Positions 39,725 to 52,769 of a DNA stretch of 64,000 nt are shown here, one piece after another. The position numbers and the translations under genes are program-made. Location: the NCBI GenBank assembly GCA_951406725.2, contig OX597843.1, positions 20,274,001 to 20,338,000 of the forward strand. Reading direction: 5' to 3'. Origin of the DNA: Octopus vulgaris (Eukaryota). Under the pieces are notes generated by a model. The model was not told where the DNA came from. It saw nothing but the letters and a program-made list of their open reading frames with translations, and made no database searches. How positions within the stretch are numbered: position 1 is the stretch's first letter; every line of letters begins with the position of its first letter.

Positions 39725-39847
39725 CATGGCGGTTCTGTCCACTGACATGACAGGGGTTCCTCTGTCATGGCGGTTCTGTCCACTGACATGACAGGGGTTC
39801 CTCTGTCATGGCGGTTCTGTCCACTGGCATGACAGGGGTTCCTCTGT
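39725..39847. repeat. 41-bp tandem repeat, 3 copies
   Basis: catggcggttctgtccactgacatgacaggggttcctctgt, with one substitution in copy 3. Confidence 0.97.
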
Positions 39848-41269
39848 TAAGCATCATGTCTATGTTACCGTTGGTGAATGAATGAGGTTCAAACGAAGAC
39901 TACGCCTGTCATATTGTTTCCTATGCCTTCAACTCTATGCGTAAATTGAATGAAGTATGGGTGCTATTCCTTGCCAAAGTGCAATCCGTGTTTGGTCCAG
40001 TGCAATGTTTTATCCATATTAAGCATACCCAAACCCTAAACCTAACCCTATATTTAGAAGCTCTTACCCATTCTATCGCTTACAGTATACTCATATACAA
40101 CAACAAGCTATAGAAGAGTACCTCTCTGTTAAATAATTTTGCTGAATTCAAATGTGGAATCCATTTTTTAGGATAACGTCTAGATTTCAAGATACCCAAA
40201 CCCTCAACTTTCACTATTTTCCTGATATTTCAGGGAAATATATTGGGAAATGTAGTACGAATGTCTATTATGGCTTATCGATTATTTTATTAAAGGTCTG
40301 GTGTAAACATCAGGTAATGAAATAATGGCCGCAGCGAGCATTAGTCCCAGGGAATTTTAATGTGAATGAACAGACTTTAGTTCAGCCGGAGAAAATCATC
40401 CAACATCCACTTCTTATCAAGGCAGATTGCAATTAAATACGATGCTGGGCTGTTGAGGTTCAGCACTGAAGAAAACCATTCAAACACAAATTCATGAAAA
40501 AATAGGCATGAACAATAACGTAAACTGTCTGTAGATATATTTGCTAGCTTTTCAGTAGAAGTTCAAAAAATCCTAGCTTTGAAGACAATGCAATTTCTAC
40601 GTATATTAGTACGTTCTTCATAAGCTGGTTTATTCGAAAACAAAACAAAGACATTCTGTGGATCCAGTATCTTACAATTCTGATGTGACCGTATTAAATT
40701 GATGTCCTTTTCGGATTCTGTGTGTCAAAAGACTCCCAGTTCGTCACCAGTTATTTCCTTCGCCTGACGATATTTCCAAATTATTGTCTTGAATAAAGTT
40801 CAAATTGTTTATACACCAAGAACGGGGATTTATATTTTCATACCGTTGAATACGGACAGATTTCATATTTTCATTCGAATAGGAGTAAAGCAGGCTTGAA
40901 ACCGATTCGCAGGATGACCAAGTCTAGAGGGAAGGAGAAAAGATGGTATTCTTCAACTGAAGAATGTTTAAGACAATATGGACTTCACCAAAGGCACTTA
41001 AAATTACTAGGTGGTGGTTTTGAACAGAGATGTGGTTTAAGACTACCATTGAAATAGGCCATTAGAGACAGAGAAAGGATACAGTATAGCTGTGGACATG
41101 GTGTTGAAACACGGTCATTTGTAATGGGCTGAAGATTAGACAAGTGTCCCTCACAATGTTACTTGAAAACTTACACTTCGCTGAGCATTATTAGCAGTGA
41201 AGATCTTTCTTGGCGAAAGTAGATCCTTTGCATAGCTAGTACGGTATTTTAAAGTCCAATCCTTCTCTT

Positions 41270-41690
41270 TGCAGCCAAAACTTCAGACCATTTACAATGC
41301 TCAAGTGAAGCACACAATGAAGAAATCTTTCTACACCTGGAACGGTGATACACATCCGGGATTGCATCGAAAGAAGGGTGACGTGGCTAAATTTTACTCT
41401 ATCCCTAACAGACATACTCTAACAGCTATCTCGCAGGCAGGATATCTCTTCTCTTTGTTTTGCCACTGTCACTGTCATGCTACAGATTCTTGTAGGAGTT
41501 GGCTGAGCTCTTGACCCCACCAAGCAGGTACTACCGACTCACACATCTATTCCTTTGCTCCTCGATCTTAAACCTCAGTTCGTTTTCAGTATGAACCACT
41601 GTGCTAAACACTTCAACCCCTTCATCATTCCTGTAAATGTTGGCCTGTAGCAGCTTAAACGGAACGTCCATGGTATCTATCTCAGAATTC
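41270..41690 (+). mobile_element. Old CR1/L2-like LINE 3' remnant
   Basis: LQLSRRQDISSL...ELAELL resembles the LQPLSHRR..SLFY..CS.EL tail. Heavily decayed. Confidence 0.4.
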
Positions 41691-41959
41691 ATTCAATTGG
41701 CGCTTAAATTATGAAAGATGAAAATATCTAACTTATTAAACAGAACATTGACTTTGCTATTCCACATCTTCAGATTTACGAGGTTTAAAGAATAACATTA
41801 ACAAAACATTGCTATTTGCTTTACATTAGGATTTCTCAAATGGTCAAAACGTTCCAAATTTGTTGACAAATGGGACTGATCGAATTAATCGATCCACTTT
41901 AGTATTTGAATATTTGATTAAAACTTGAAGTGATTAATGCTGTGATGCGAAGAGCGAGA

Positions 41960-42187
41960 GAAAAGATGGAGTAGAGGGAAAAAGCGGGTAAGGTGAAGAG
42001 CGAGGGAAAAACAGGCAGAAAAAAAAGAGGGAGACAAAAAGAGGGTAAGAGAAGCGTCTATGACGTGTGGTAGGGGGAACGTAATAGTTATTACGTGGTT
42101 AAAAGTCTTAGTTGAAGGGAGTGATATAGAGGAGAGTGAGAAACAGAATTGTAGCAGAGGATCGATGTTCTGATGGTGAGATTAAAG

Positions 42188-42256
<69 letters not shown>

Positions 42257-42655
42257 GATGATGAATGTGTTGGTGGTGTTAGTGGTGGTGGTGGAGGTTG
42301 CGTTGGTGAGTGTATGCGAAGAGTGTAATGTTTTTAATTGATATATTTTTTTAATACCACCTATTACTTAAAGCATGCGCATAAGCGCAATCGTCTGCTC
42401 GCTTGAAAAATGTTATTTGTTTATAAACCAAAGATGAGAGACGATGTAAGTGAACAACAAAAAGAATGAAACCAAATGGGCAATGGCACCAAGAGAAGCA
42501 GAGGGTCTTATCCAGAAGGACTGAAGGTGTTTTAAAACGACAATTATGTAGAATATACAATTTATAAAGGAGCGCTAATTTTTATGTCTCCACATAAACT
42601 TACAACCATCTAAAAACTTTCGCATTTGCCGCGGAATTGCTACGGGTGCTGCTAA
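41960..42655 (+). mobile_element. Internally deleted Helitron derivative
   Basis: Block Z homology, then hairpin ccgcgg-aattg-ctacgg followed by tgctgCTAA|T (degenerate CTAG end). Confidence 0.6.
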
Positions 42656-43033
42656 TATATTAAATAATTACTCTGTTTATGCTGCTCCATCTCTCCAGAC
42701 GTGAAATCTTTTAAAAACACTTAAAAATTACATAAGTTTTCAGGTGAATCGAGATATATTCATCTGCAGAAACTTCACCTGAACTTGCATAATTCTTTAG
42801 GACTAATAATTGATATGTGTTTATTGTTTGTGATGGTGTAAATTTCACTTATGACATTCTATTACAAATAAAATTTTCTTAAGTTGCTCATACAACACTT
42901 TTTCGCATTCTTCATTTACGTATTTTAAGAATTTGGCAGTTTGAGCGCATCTCTTTATTATCCGCACTTTAAACCGTCTGTATAACTTTTAATTGCATAA
43001 ATAATTATTTCTTCTCTCTCTCTTTGTCTCTCT

Positions 43034-43070
<37 letters not shown>

Positions 43071-43072
<2 letters not shown>

Positions 43073-43470
43073 CGTAAGAATGTCTGTGCGGTAAGTAGCT
43101 TGCTTACGAACCACATGGTTCCGGCTTCAGTCCCACCGTGTGGCACCTTAGGCAAGTGTCTTCTGTTATAGCCTCTGGCCAACCAAAAAACTTGTGAGTA
43201 GATTTGGTAGACGGAAACTGAAAGAAGCCCGTCGTATATAAGTGTATATATATGTATATATATATATATGTGTGTGTGTGAGTGTGTGTGTGTGTCTGCG
43301 CGTGTGTGTGTGTGTGTGTATATGTTTGTGTGTCTTTGTTTGTCTCCCCATCATCCCTTGACAACCGATGCTGGTGTGTGTTCGTCCACGTAACTTGGTG
43401 GTTCGGCAAAAGAAACCGATAGAATAAGTACTAGGCTTACAAAGAGTAAGTCCTGGGGTCGATTTGATCG
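43071..43470 (+). mobile_element. tRNA-derived SINE, 3' truncated
   Basis: Same family as 24664-25035. Confidence 0.9.
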
Positions 43471-43479
43471 ATGTTTCTT

Positions 43480-44748
43480 TATCTCTCTCCCTTAATGTCA
43501 CTCTCTTTATAAAATTGATCAGTGTGTCCAATTTCAGCAAAATCCGAAGAAAAATGGTAAGGTTATATCATAAAACAGAATCCATGTGACCATTTACACT
43601 AAAATATCCCATTGACATTTAAATCTTAGTACATTATATGAATAACAGATGTTTCATACGTCGAAGTGCTTTATTTTGCTCACGGTTAAAATTTTCTTCA
43701 AAATCAGTTCATTATTTTATTGTGAATGATTTGAGGATTTTTGCTTCTCGCTTGTTTATATTTAAATATTTTACATGTCTCCGACATTAAACTTTACCTA
43801 GAAGTCAATGTTCATGAAAATCGGTTGAATTCTGTAAAAGTCACTGTATGAAATATTAATCCTATGGGTGATTACATGCAAAAAGCCTATTGATTTCTTA
43901 AAATCTCCCGCTCACATGCAGTTATCGATTCTTTGTCAACACTTCATGCTGGCATCAACTAATACACATGAGCCAGAATCACGTATAAAATTTCTACAAA
44001 ATCGATAAGATTGTGTCTAAGAAAATGCTTATTTGCATTTATGTCTACTTCAAGGCATTTTGAATTAAATAAATACCTTTTCCATCTCCCCCACCAAACA
44101 TTTTGCTATAACTTAAATTTTATTAAAATCGGATAAAAAATATGAAATTTACGTCCAAAAATACAGCCCCTACTGGTATTTGCACTCTAAACACCTATTG
44201 ATTTTAGAAAACCACTGCCCTGGCGCAATTAGTGATTTTTTTCAACGTCATATACTGAGATCAACTTACTGCCGTCAGCCACGATCACACATCGATTTTC
44301 ATCAGAATCGGACAAAAAATGCAAAAGCTGCAGAAAAGTAACATCAGTATAGGAAAAAGGGAGGACATTGAACAAACTATTTAAGATGTCGCCATTGTTC
44401 TCAAATTACGTTTCACTTCGTTTGAAAAGAAAGAAAGTATGGATTATAATGGTGGTCGCTGAATTCCCAAATTTTTCATTCAAAACTTTTTTAAATGCGT
44501 CGTTCAAAAGCATTGGCCAAATTCGGTACCGATTGGGATAGGGGATGTGAATAAAATCAACACACATTAAAACAATTTTTAAAGAGCTTCCTGCCATCAT
44601 CTGCAACGTTGAGGTGAAAAAAAATGGAAAATCCTCACCAGAACGTAGAAAAGGTATCTTATGAGGGAATGCTGTACCCAAAATGTACCAAAATATTCTG
44701 TTGTGGGATTCGCTCGGCAAACAAGGGATATTTATCTAGAGTATATAG
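43480..44748 (+). mobile_element. Non-autonomous element with subrepeats, second copy
   Basis: Colinear with 20690-21853. Confidence 0.6.
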
Positions 44749-46052
44749 ATATATGCGTATGTGTGTGTAGGGAATAGCGTAGACACAATACAGGCTACAT
44801 AAACTTCATAGCTAAGAGAACCACGAAAGTAGCATATTATCCTAACATGGGGTATACCACAAGCTACTCTTCAGTCAAAGGATATCTTGATTTTGTGAAG
44901 TTTACATTCTCGTTAGAATCCCCGTGTAAACTTGTTGGGAATTTGATCAAAATGTAAAGAAAGGACAGTTCGGGAGGAAAACAGTTGAGCAGAAGGAAAA
45001 TGCAAATAAAATACCAGAAATCCTATGTATAAGAATGAGAACGTTTGTTACTGATTAAGGAGTGTACGAAGACAAGGTTTTATATGGAAATTGGCTGGCG
45101 AGTGGCTTTATGCACGTATTCCGGGGTCATTCACGGGTCCGTTGTAGGATAGATAAGTAAACATATTGTAGCATTATATATAGCCATTTAAAACAGAATT
45201 ATAGGATGAAGATATAGGTGTAGTATTTGAAGTGGATAGAGTGGTGTTTGAAGGAGAGGAAGGCGGAAGATAGTGTATTTACGTTGTAAAATAGTAGACC
45301 ACGGTTTGCTCGTCGAGTTGGTAGAACTAATTTTGCTTTAAAATCTAAGGACGACGAGTGAAGTGGGAGATAGTAGTAGTAGTAGTAGCTTTCATCTGAG
45401 ATTATTATGTGAGAGCGTATTAGTTCACACGCGCGTATATGGTGTGCGTTTGTAGAATCTAGTAGTTGTGTACGCGTGCCAGGGTCTTTGTATATTATCA
45501 TATACTGAGGGATGTGTGTAGAGAGAGGATAGTTAAGAACATTTATGACGTATACACGATAAGGAAAACAGGTTGGGAATTAAAAAATGAAAGAATAAAA
45601 TGTTTAGGAAATGTTTACCAATATGTATGCAGAATAATATTGACATAACTATAATAAATCTATGATATATTGATTGTAAAATTAATATACTTATATCTTT
45701 TATAAACATCTTTTATATATTATATTTATATTCTATATTTTATTTTTCATATACTATCTGTTGTGAATAGCAGAATACACCTAATCTAATATTAATAATA
45801 ATAATATTAGTAATAACTGAATATTATATGTACATATGGATGTAGATGTGTATGTACGTTTCAGTATATATTTATATATATAGAGTGGATGTATACTCAC
45901 AACATGAGGGCTAAACAGCGGTGGTGTAATTCCCTTACGGGACAGTTACGTTATGTTGACAGTATACAACCACACCTTCGCTCCACCACCGCTCATGACT
46001 CTTCGAGACATTTAGAAATTTAATATTTCTGATATATATATGTATATATATA

Positions 46053-46485
46053 CTCTTTTACTCTTTTACTTGTTTCAGTCATTTGACTGCGGCCATGCTG
46101 GTGCACCGCCTTTAATCGAGCAACTCGACCCCGGGACTTATTCTCTGTAAGCCCAGTACTTATTGCATTGGTCTCTTTTGCCGAACCGCTAATTGAGGGG
46201 ACATAATCATACGAGCACTGGTTGTCAAGCGATGTTGGGGGGACAAACACAGACATACAAACACACGCGCGTACACACACACACACACACAAACATACAC
46301 ACACACACATACATATATATATACATATATACGTCGGGCTTCTTTCAGTTTCCATCTACCAAATACACTCACAAAGCTTTGGTCGGCCCGAGGCTATAGT
46401 AGAAGACACTCACCCAAGGTGCCACGCAGTGGACTGAACCCGGAACCATGTGGTTGGTAAATAAGCTACTTGCCACACAGCCACT
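46053..46485 (-). mobile_element. tRNA-derived SINE
   Basis: Near full-length reverse copy of the same family. Confidence 0.9.
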
Positions 46486-46518
46486 ATATATATATATAAT
46501 TATGTATAATCATATATG

Positions 46519-46566
<48 letters not shown>

Positions 46567-46580
46567 TATATATATATATG

Positions 46581-46624
<44 letters not shown>

Positions 46625-46684
46625 TTAATTATGTATAACCATATATGTGTGTATGTATGTATGTATGTATATATATTTATGTAC

Positions 46685-46857
46685 ATGAAGCCCACTTACA
46701 ACTGCAGCCGTCTATTACCAGCAAAGGTTTTAGTTGCCAATTTGGTACAAGACATTGTAGATCTTTAGCTGGGCCAAAAAGTCACATTCGATCACAGAAC
46801 CAGTAACAGTTAAGCTTCGTGTAATGGCCATACTCGATAACGAGGGAGCAGCCATAA
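46685..46857 (+). mobile_element. RTE LINE 3' tip
   Basis: FSCQFGTRHCRSLAGPKSHIRS (terminal Zn-finger-like) plus a terminal ctcg..cgag hairpin. Confidence 0.55.
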
Positions 46858-46929
46858 TATATATATATATATTCAAATGTGTGTATTTTGTTTATTTTAT
46901 ATTCATGTTTATAATTATTATTGTACTTG

Positions 46930-47058
46930 ATAATCTCTGAGGAACCCTGGAGATATATACAAGTACCTCATTGTCATCTGCCTATTACCTCAATACACTT
47001 GATTAATAAAGGCAGAATGAGATACGTTTCTCTATGGGCTGAAACAGCTGCAAGTTAT
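46930..47058 (+). ncRNA. Hammerhead-like motif with ~95-nt stem II, probably inactive
   Basis: ATAATCT-CTGAGGA-ACCC...GGGCT-GAAA-CAGCTG-CA-AGTTAT. U16.1 is replaced by C. Confidence 0.55.
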
Positions 47059-47157
47059 TTTACTAATTTATATTCATGTTGTTCAATAATTACTTGTATC
47101 CTTTTCTTATATGCTATATGTATGTATGTTATTATAATTATGTATGTTATTATAATT

Positions 47158-50100
47158 AGTTTAGTGTTCGATTCGACAGTCTTCCGGCAGCTCCTGCAAC
47201 CAAGCTGGTGCCAAACGTAATGCTCTGCACTCCTTTGAACTACATCAGCAAGGTCGAGAGAAGAATCCTGAAGGTTGGGCTACCCGGGATTTTCTTATTT
47301 CTAGCCTAGGCCTGCGCAAAACTGGAGAAGACCCTTCAGTGCTGCTGTAAAAAGTGGCAGAAAAAATACGGGAGGTAACAGTCACGAGTGATAAGTTCAT
47401 TCAAACTGGCGTAAGATATGGGCGCTACGGGTCACCTCTGACGGTGGGAGGGACCTCCGTGTCCCATTGGTTTGCGACTGCCCTCCTCAAGCTGGACAGC
47501 CCCCAGTTAATAAGTTACTGACCCGCCACAGGCCGCCTGCTTCATTGGGTGCTTGGAGCTAAGAATTTGACTTGAAAAACGGCCTGCAGCCTCTGCACCA
47601 GGCCAGCAGCTAAAAGACAAGAAACCACCCGTCCTGCGGTTAGCAAACTGGAATGCCAGGACTACGTGCCCTGGAATATCTGATGATCTACTCAGGGTTG
47701 AAGACACAAGAAAGACAGCCATCATTAACCGTCAACAAAACAGGCTTAACATAGACATTGCTGGGCTGCAGGAGCCAAGACTCCCTTCAAACGGGAAAGT
47801 CAAAGAACAGGATTTCACCTTCTACTGAGCATCTATGCTCCCACTCTCTACAGCCCAGAGGAGACCAAGGACCAGTTCTACAAAGATCTCAACTGTGTCA
47901 TTAAAAATATACCAACAAATGAAAACATCTACCTTCTAGGAGATTCGTGGCCCATTTGTGTTGGACACCTTGATATTGACAACATGAATGACAATGGTCA
48001 GAGGCTACTTGAATTTTGCACATACCATGCGCATCACTAACACATTCTTTGCCAACAAGACATCACACAAGGCATCTTGGAGAAATCCAAGATCTCACCA
48101 CAGGCATCAGATGGATCTCATCATTGCACGAAGATTCTTTCTGAATTCTGTTCACCTGACCCGTAGTTACCACATAGATCACTCACTAATTGGAAGCATG
48201 GTGATGATCCTGCCTAAAAAGTCCATCACTCCAAGAAAATGGGCTGACCACGCATTAACACTGCTAGAATCTCGGATCCTACACAGCGAAAATGTTTTGC
48301 TGTTTCTATCAAGGTTGCCCTCAGTAGCTGCCCAACCTCCTTTGCTGAAATTAGGTGGAATTATATCAGGGAAGCTTTGTATACCACATCAATAGATACT
48401 TTCGGCATGAGAGAAAGGCAACACCCAGATTGGTTCAGTGATGGGCTCTTAGAGCTGGAACCAGTTATCGAAGCAAAGCATGCAGCTCTGATGCAATGCA
48501 AGAGTGATTCTTCTACAAAATCACTCGAAGAACTCAGAAAGGCAAAACATATAACCCAACTGACAGCCAGATGCTGTGCAAATAGGTATTTGGCAGGAAA
48601 TCTGTCAGAGTATCCAGTCAGCTGCCGACAGTGGCGACACCCGGTGGGTGTATGCCGGTTTGAATAAGGACCCTCGGCCCATCCGCAACCAAGTCAGCCC
48701 CTCTGAAATCAACTACTGGATATCTCATCAAGGACCAAAGCAAGAAAATGGACAGATGGGTGGAGTACTACCAGGTTCTCTACTCACGGGAGACCACGGT
48801 AGCTGAGGCTGCAATCGAGAATGTCAAGATCTTGCAAGTCATGTGAGAACTTCACAGTCAAACATCTATAGCAGAGCTCAACAAGGCTATTGACTCCCTA
48901 GCAAGATATAAGGCTCCGGGAAAAGACGGCATCCCATCAGAGGTCATCAGAGCCGGCAAAAACACCATCCTGCTTCGGCACCATCATGAGCTTCTGTGTC
49001 AGTGCTGGGGAGAGGGTACAGTCCCTCAGGATATGCGGGATGCTAACATCATCACGATTTACAAAAACAAAGGTGACCGTGGTGATTGTAACAATTATCG
49101 TGGACTATCTCTTCCACGCACTGTTGGAAAGACCTTTGCTCACGTTTTCCTGCCCAGGGTACAACTGCTTGCTTCTCGAATCCATCCGAAATCGCAGTGT
49201 GGCTTTAGAAGAAACAGATCAACTATCAATATGATATTCTCCATACGCCAACTTCTGGAGGAGTCCAGAGAGCAGAAAATGCCATTACATATGGCCTTCG
49301 TTTGTAAGTAGAAAATGCCTCTTAATCCTGCTCCAAAAAATCGGATATCCACCAAAGCTGCTGAGGATCATCAAATCTTTCCATGATGATATGCAAGGAA
49401 CCATACAGCACAATGGTTCAACATCAGCCGCCTTCCAAATAAAAAACGGAGTAAAGCAAGGTTGTGTCCTTGCTCCTACATTATTTGGCATCTTCTTCTC
49501 GCTCTTACTTTCACATGCCTTTCAGACATCAGATGATGGAGTGTTTCTGCAGAGTAGAAGTGACGGGAAACTGTTCAATCTCTCGCGCCTGCGTGGTAAG
49601 ACCAAAATCAGAAGCGTCCTGCTCAGGGAAATGCTATTTGCTGATGATGCCGCTCTGGTATCACACACAGAAGAAGCCCTAAAAGGCTCATCAGCTGTTG
49701 TGAGCAGGCATGTAACGATTTTGGCTTAGCTATCAGCCTCAAGAAGACCAACATCATGGGTCAGGCTACTCCGGACATCCCAAACATACATATTGGAGAC
49801 CACAGATTACAGGAGGTGGAGACATTTACCTATCTTGGCTCTACCGTCACCTACAACCTATCCCTTGATGTTGAGCTCAATATACGCATTGGCAAAGCAT
49901 CTGCTGTGATGGCCCAACTCTCGAAACGAGCATGGGTCAACATTAAGCTGACCAAGAACACAAAAATGAAGATTTACCAGGCATGTGTACTTAGCACTCT
50001 ACTGTATGGAAGTGGGACCTGGACGCCATTCACACGCCAAGAGCGTCGCCTAAATATCTTTCACCTGCGCTGCCTCTGGAAAAGCCTTCGCATCAAATAG

Positions 50101-50653
50101 CAGAATCATGTCCCCAACAAAGATGTCCTCAAGCAAGCTGGAATACTAAGCATGTTTGCACTCCTCACACAAAGACTTATGAGATGGCTTGGACATGTTA
50201 GCCGTATGGGAGATGGCAGAATCCCCAAGGACATATTCTACAGAGAGCTTACTAGGTGCACAAGGTCTGCAGGTAGACCGTTCTTACGATACAAGGATGT
50301 TTGCCAAAGGGACATGAAGGCCTGAAACATTAATATTAGCATCTTGGAATCAGTTGCCAGCAACCGTGGAAATTGGTGACGTACCGTAAAAGAAGGAATA
50401 CAAAGTAGTAACGGAGAGTGAGAGAGGAGAAATGGAAAGACAAGAAAAGATGTCAACAAGAAACTATGACATTACAACCAGCCAGGAAAAGTCTTCGCTA
50501 CATTTGCAGCACCTGCCAGAGGAAGTGTTTGTCCAGGATAGGACTACACAGCCATAGCAGGAAATGAATTAGGACATGAAATGTAAAAAGCCGGACTAGA
50601 TTATTTTATGCGCAACTCCATTGTCTCCCGAGACAAAAAAGATGCCAACAACA
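47158..50653 (+). mobile_element. RTE-BovB LINE, near full length, decayed
   Basis: APE motifs LANWNART..IDIAGLQE and RT motifs DCNNYRGLSL, GVKQGCVLAPTLF and LFADD. (CAA) tail and possible 9-bp TSD ATTATAATT (47149 and 50654). Confidence 0.95.
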
Positions 50654-51004
50654 ATTATAATTGTCAGTTTAATAAATAAATAAGTTAACATTTATAATGT
50701 CCTAAATTTGATGAGCCAACTATTGTTCTCCTCCATTTTCTTTTTGATTATATCTTGAGTGACAACAACGCTCAAGATATACAACGGACTGGAAATAGAA
50801 GTGCTCTAATGAGCTGTATACACTTTTCTTATATCCGAGGGGAGGCAATGCGAGCAACAACTACAGGAACATCGCAAAATCCACAGAAACACAAAATACA
50901 TACAAATCTTCATATACTCATTTATATCTCTAAAGACCGGCATTTAAAAATTCAAAAATTTAGTAATGTATAAATATATTGTATACAAATATAAATTTTG
51001 CATA

Positions 51005-52760
51005 TAACACCATGAATCTACGGAGTGGCAACGGCTTGAAATACGTATTGCAGCCGGATGCACGATATCAGTAGTGATAGTCATGGAAATACTACTCAGA
51101 TCTACAAACTGTGAGAAAGCTGTTACTAAGACACCATTAAGGGCTTTTATGGACGACATAACTATATTATCGTAAATATAGAGAAGAAGCAGAGGGAACG
51201 GTAGAGCGGTTGGACGAACTGATTGGATGGGCAAGGATGAAATTCAAAGCCAAAAACTCTCGAAGCGTGACTTTCGTGAAAGGAAGGCAAGAAGTGAAAT
51301 TCAGGATAGGAAGTGAAGGCATACCAACGGTTAAAGAACAACAGGTAAAGAGTCTCGGCAGATGGTATAGAGGTTTATTAAATGATACGAAGCAAGGAAA
51401 AGAAACGCACGAGTTAGAAGAACAAGGATTAAAGGCAATTGACAGAACAACGCTGCCGGGAAAATTCAAATGTTGGATACTGCAATTTGGTCTGTCCCCA
51501 AGAATAATGTGGCCATTACAAATGAACGAAATAGCCTCGAGTAGAATAGAAAGGATGGAGCAAAGATGCAGTGTGTTTATCAGAAAATGGCTTGGTCTGC
51601 GAAAACCACTGAATACAACTGCACTATATGGAAAAGCCGAGCTGCAACTACCAATAACATCAATCGCCGAAGAATATAGGGCAGGAAAGGCAAGGACAGT
51701 AATGATGCTAAGGTATTCAAAAGATCAGAGTATCCGGGAAAACCCTCCAAAGGTACGAACAGGGAGGAAATGGAAGGCGGAAGAGGCAGTAAACAGGGTT
51801 ATCGGAAAACTAAAGCACGCAGATATAGTCGGAGTGACGCAAGAAGCTACAACCAGCCTAGGGTCGCAAAATTTCAGGCCATTTTGCAAGAGCAGTGTAA
51901 AAGAGATGAAAGAGGCAGTGGTATACGAAGTGAGAAAGGAGGAAGAAGAAAGGCAAAATTTACATTTGGTGCCAAACATCAACAGGGACAGTGCCTGAGA
52001 TGGGAGGAATATGTGATTAACCGCAGAATATCATGAAAGGAACTTTGGACTTGGGAACAAGCAAGAACATCCTTCCTGATCAAGTCTACCTCCGACGTTC
52101 TACCCTCACCGGCGAACTTAGTCCGGTGGAACATAAACAAAATTGAAGAGTGTAGATGCGGAGAGAAAGCGACGGTTAGACATGTTATGTCAAGTTGCAG
52201 ACTAGCACTTGAAAGAGATACTTGGCAGCATAATCAAGTCCTCAGCGTCATAAGCGCAGCACTCAAGGAGAAGATCGAGAGGTACAATAGGGGGAGAGTA
52301 CCCAAAAGTAGAAAAGCGCAGGAAAGTATAGAACATCGCAACACGCCGACGGGAAATAACATCAATAGGTGAGACTGGCTGACTGAATCAGCTTCGCTGA
52401 CTGACAGGTGATGGTCGTTAAGAATAAGCGCGGGCTAAAACTACGCGCCTTCTCTAGTCAGTTAAGGTGAGACAGTGTCATGTGACAAGTAGCTGGGGCT
52501 ATGTGGCAGGTATTTAAAGGGAAAATTTGACAAGACAGTCAGTCACCGGCTGACACTCGCTGACGATACATCGAAGAGGCCAGGGAAAAGAAGAACGAAG
52601 ACATGTACCCAACACCAGAGCTGAAGACACTCCGAAAGGGGGTTCCTGCCACGTCAAAACGGTAGAGGAGTAGGGGCCGAAACCGGACGTGGTTCCTCCT
52701 GATGATGTCTTGAGTTAACTGGATCCTATAAAGGAGCTGTTGGGGTAGCAGACCACGAAA
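51005..52760 (+). mobile_element. Second, divergent HERO element (RT C-terminus, no RLE, 3' UTR)
   Basis: IAAGCTIS, AFMDD and LPGKFKCWILQFG motifs. Homologous to 37300-38640 and 39130-39285. Confidence 0.9.
52614..52722 (+). ncRNA. Permuted/pseudoknotted hammerhead-like RNA in HERO 3' UTR, copy 2
   Basis: CGGT-A-GAGGAG-t-AGGGGCC-GAAA-CCG..TTCCTC-CTGATGA. Confidence 0.6.
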
Positions 52761-52769
52761 CACGGTTGT

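Noticed and set aside
39725-39847. CRISPR-like array
   Set aside because: Contiguous repeats without spacers, no cas genes, eukaryotic context.
40030-40050. Telomeric repeat
   Set aside because: Only 2-3 imperfect CCCTAA-like units.
40330-40900. Possible host coding exon
   Set aside because: No long ORF, and no recognisable motif in the frame examined.
44760-45720. Further Penelope GIY-YIG/HHR remnant on the minus strand
   Set aside because: Only traces (VYTG, cgacgagcaaaccgtggtc); too decayed to call.
46698-46855. Isolated host exon on the minus strand (gtaagt donor)
   Set aside because: Better explained as a plus-strand RTE 3' tip.
47440-47490. HDV-like ribozyme in the RTE 5' UTR
   Set aside because: A hairpin and GGAGG/CCTCC pairing are possible, but L3, P1.1 and the J4/2 C-N-R-A motif do not fit.
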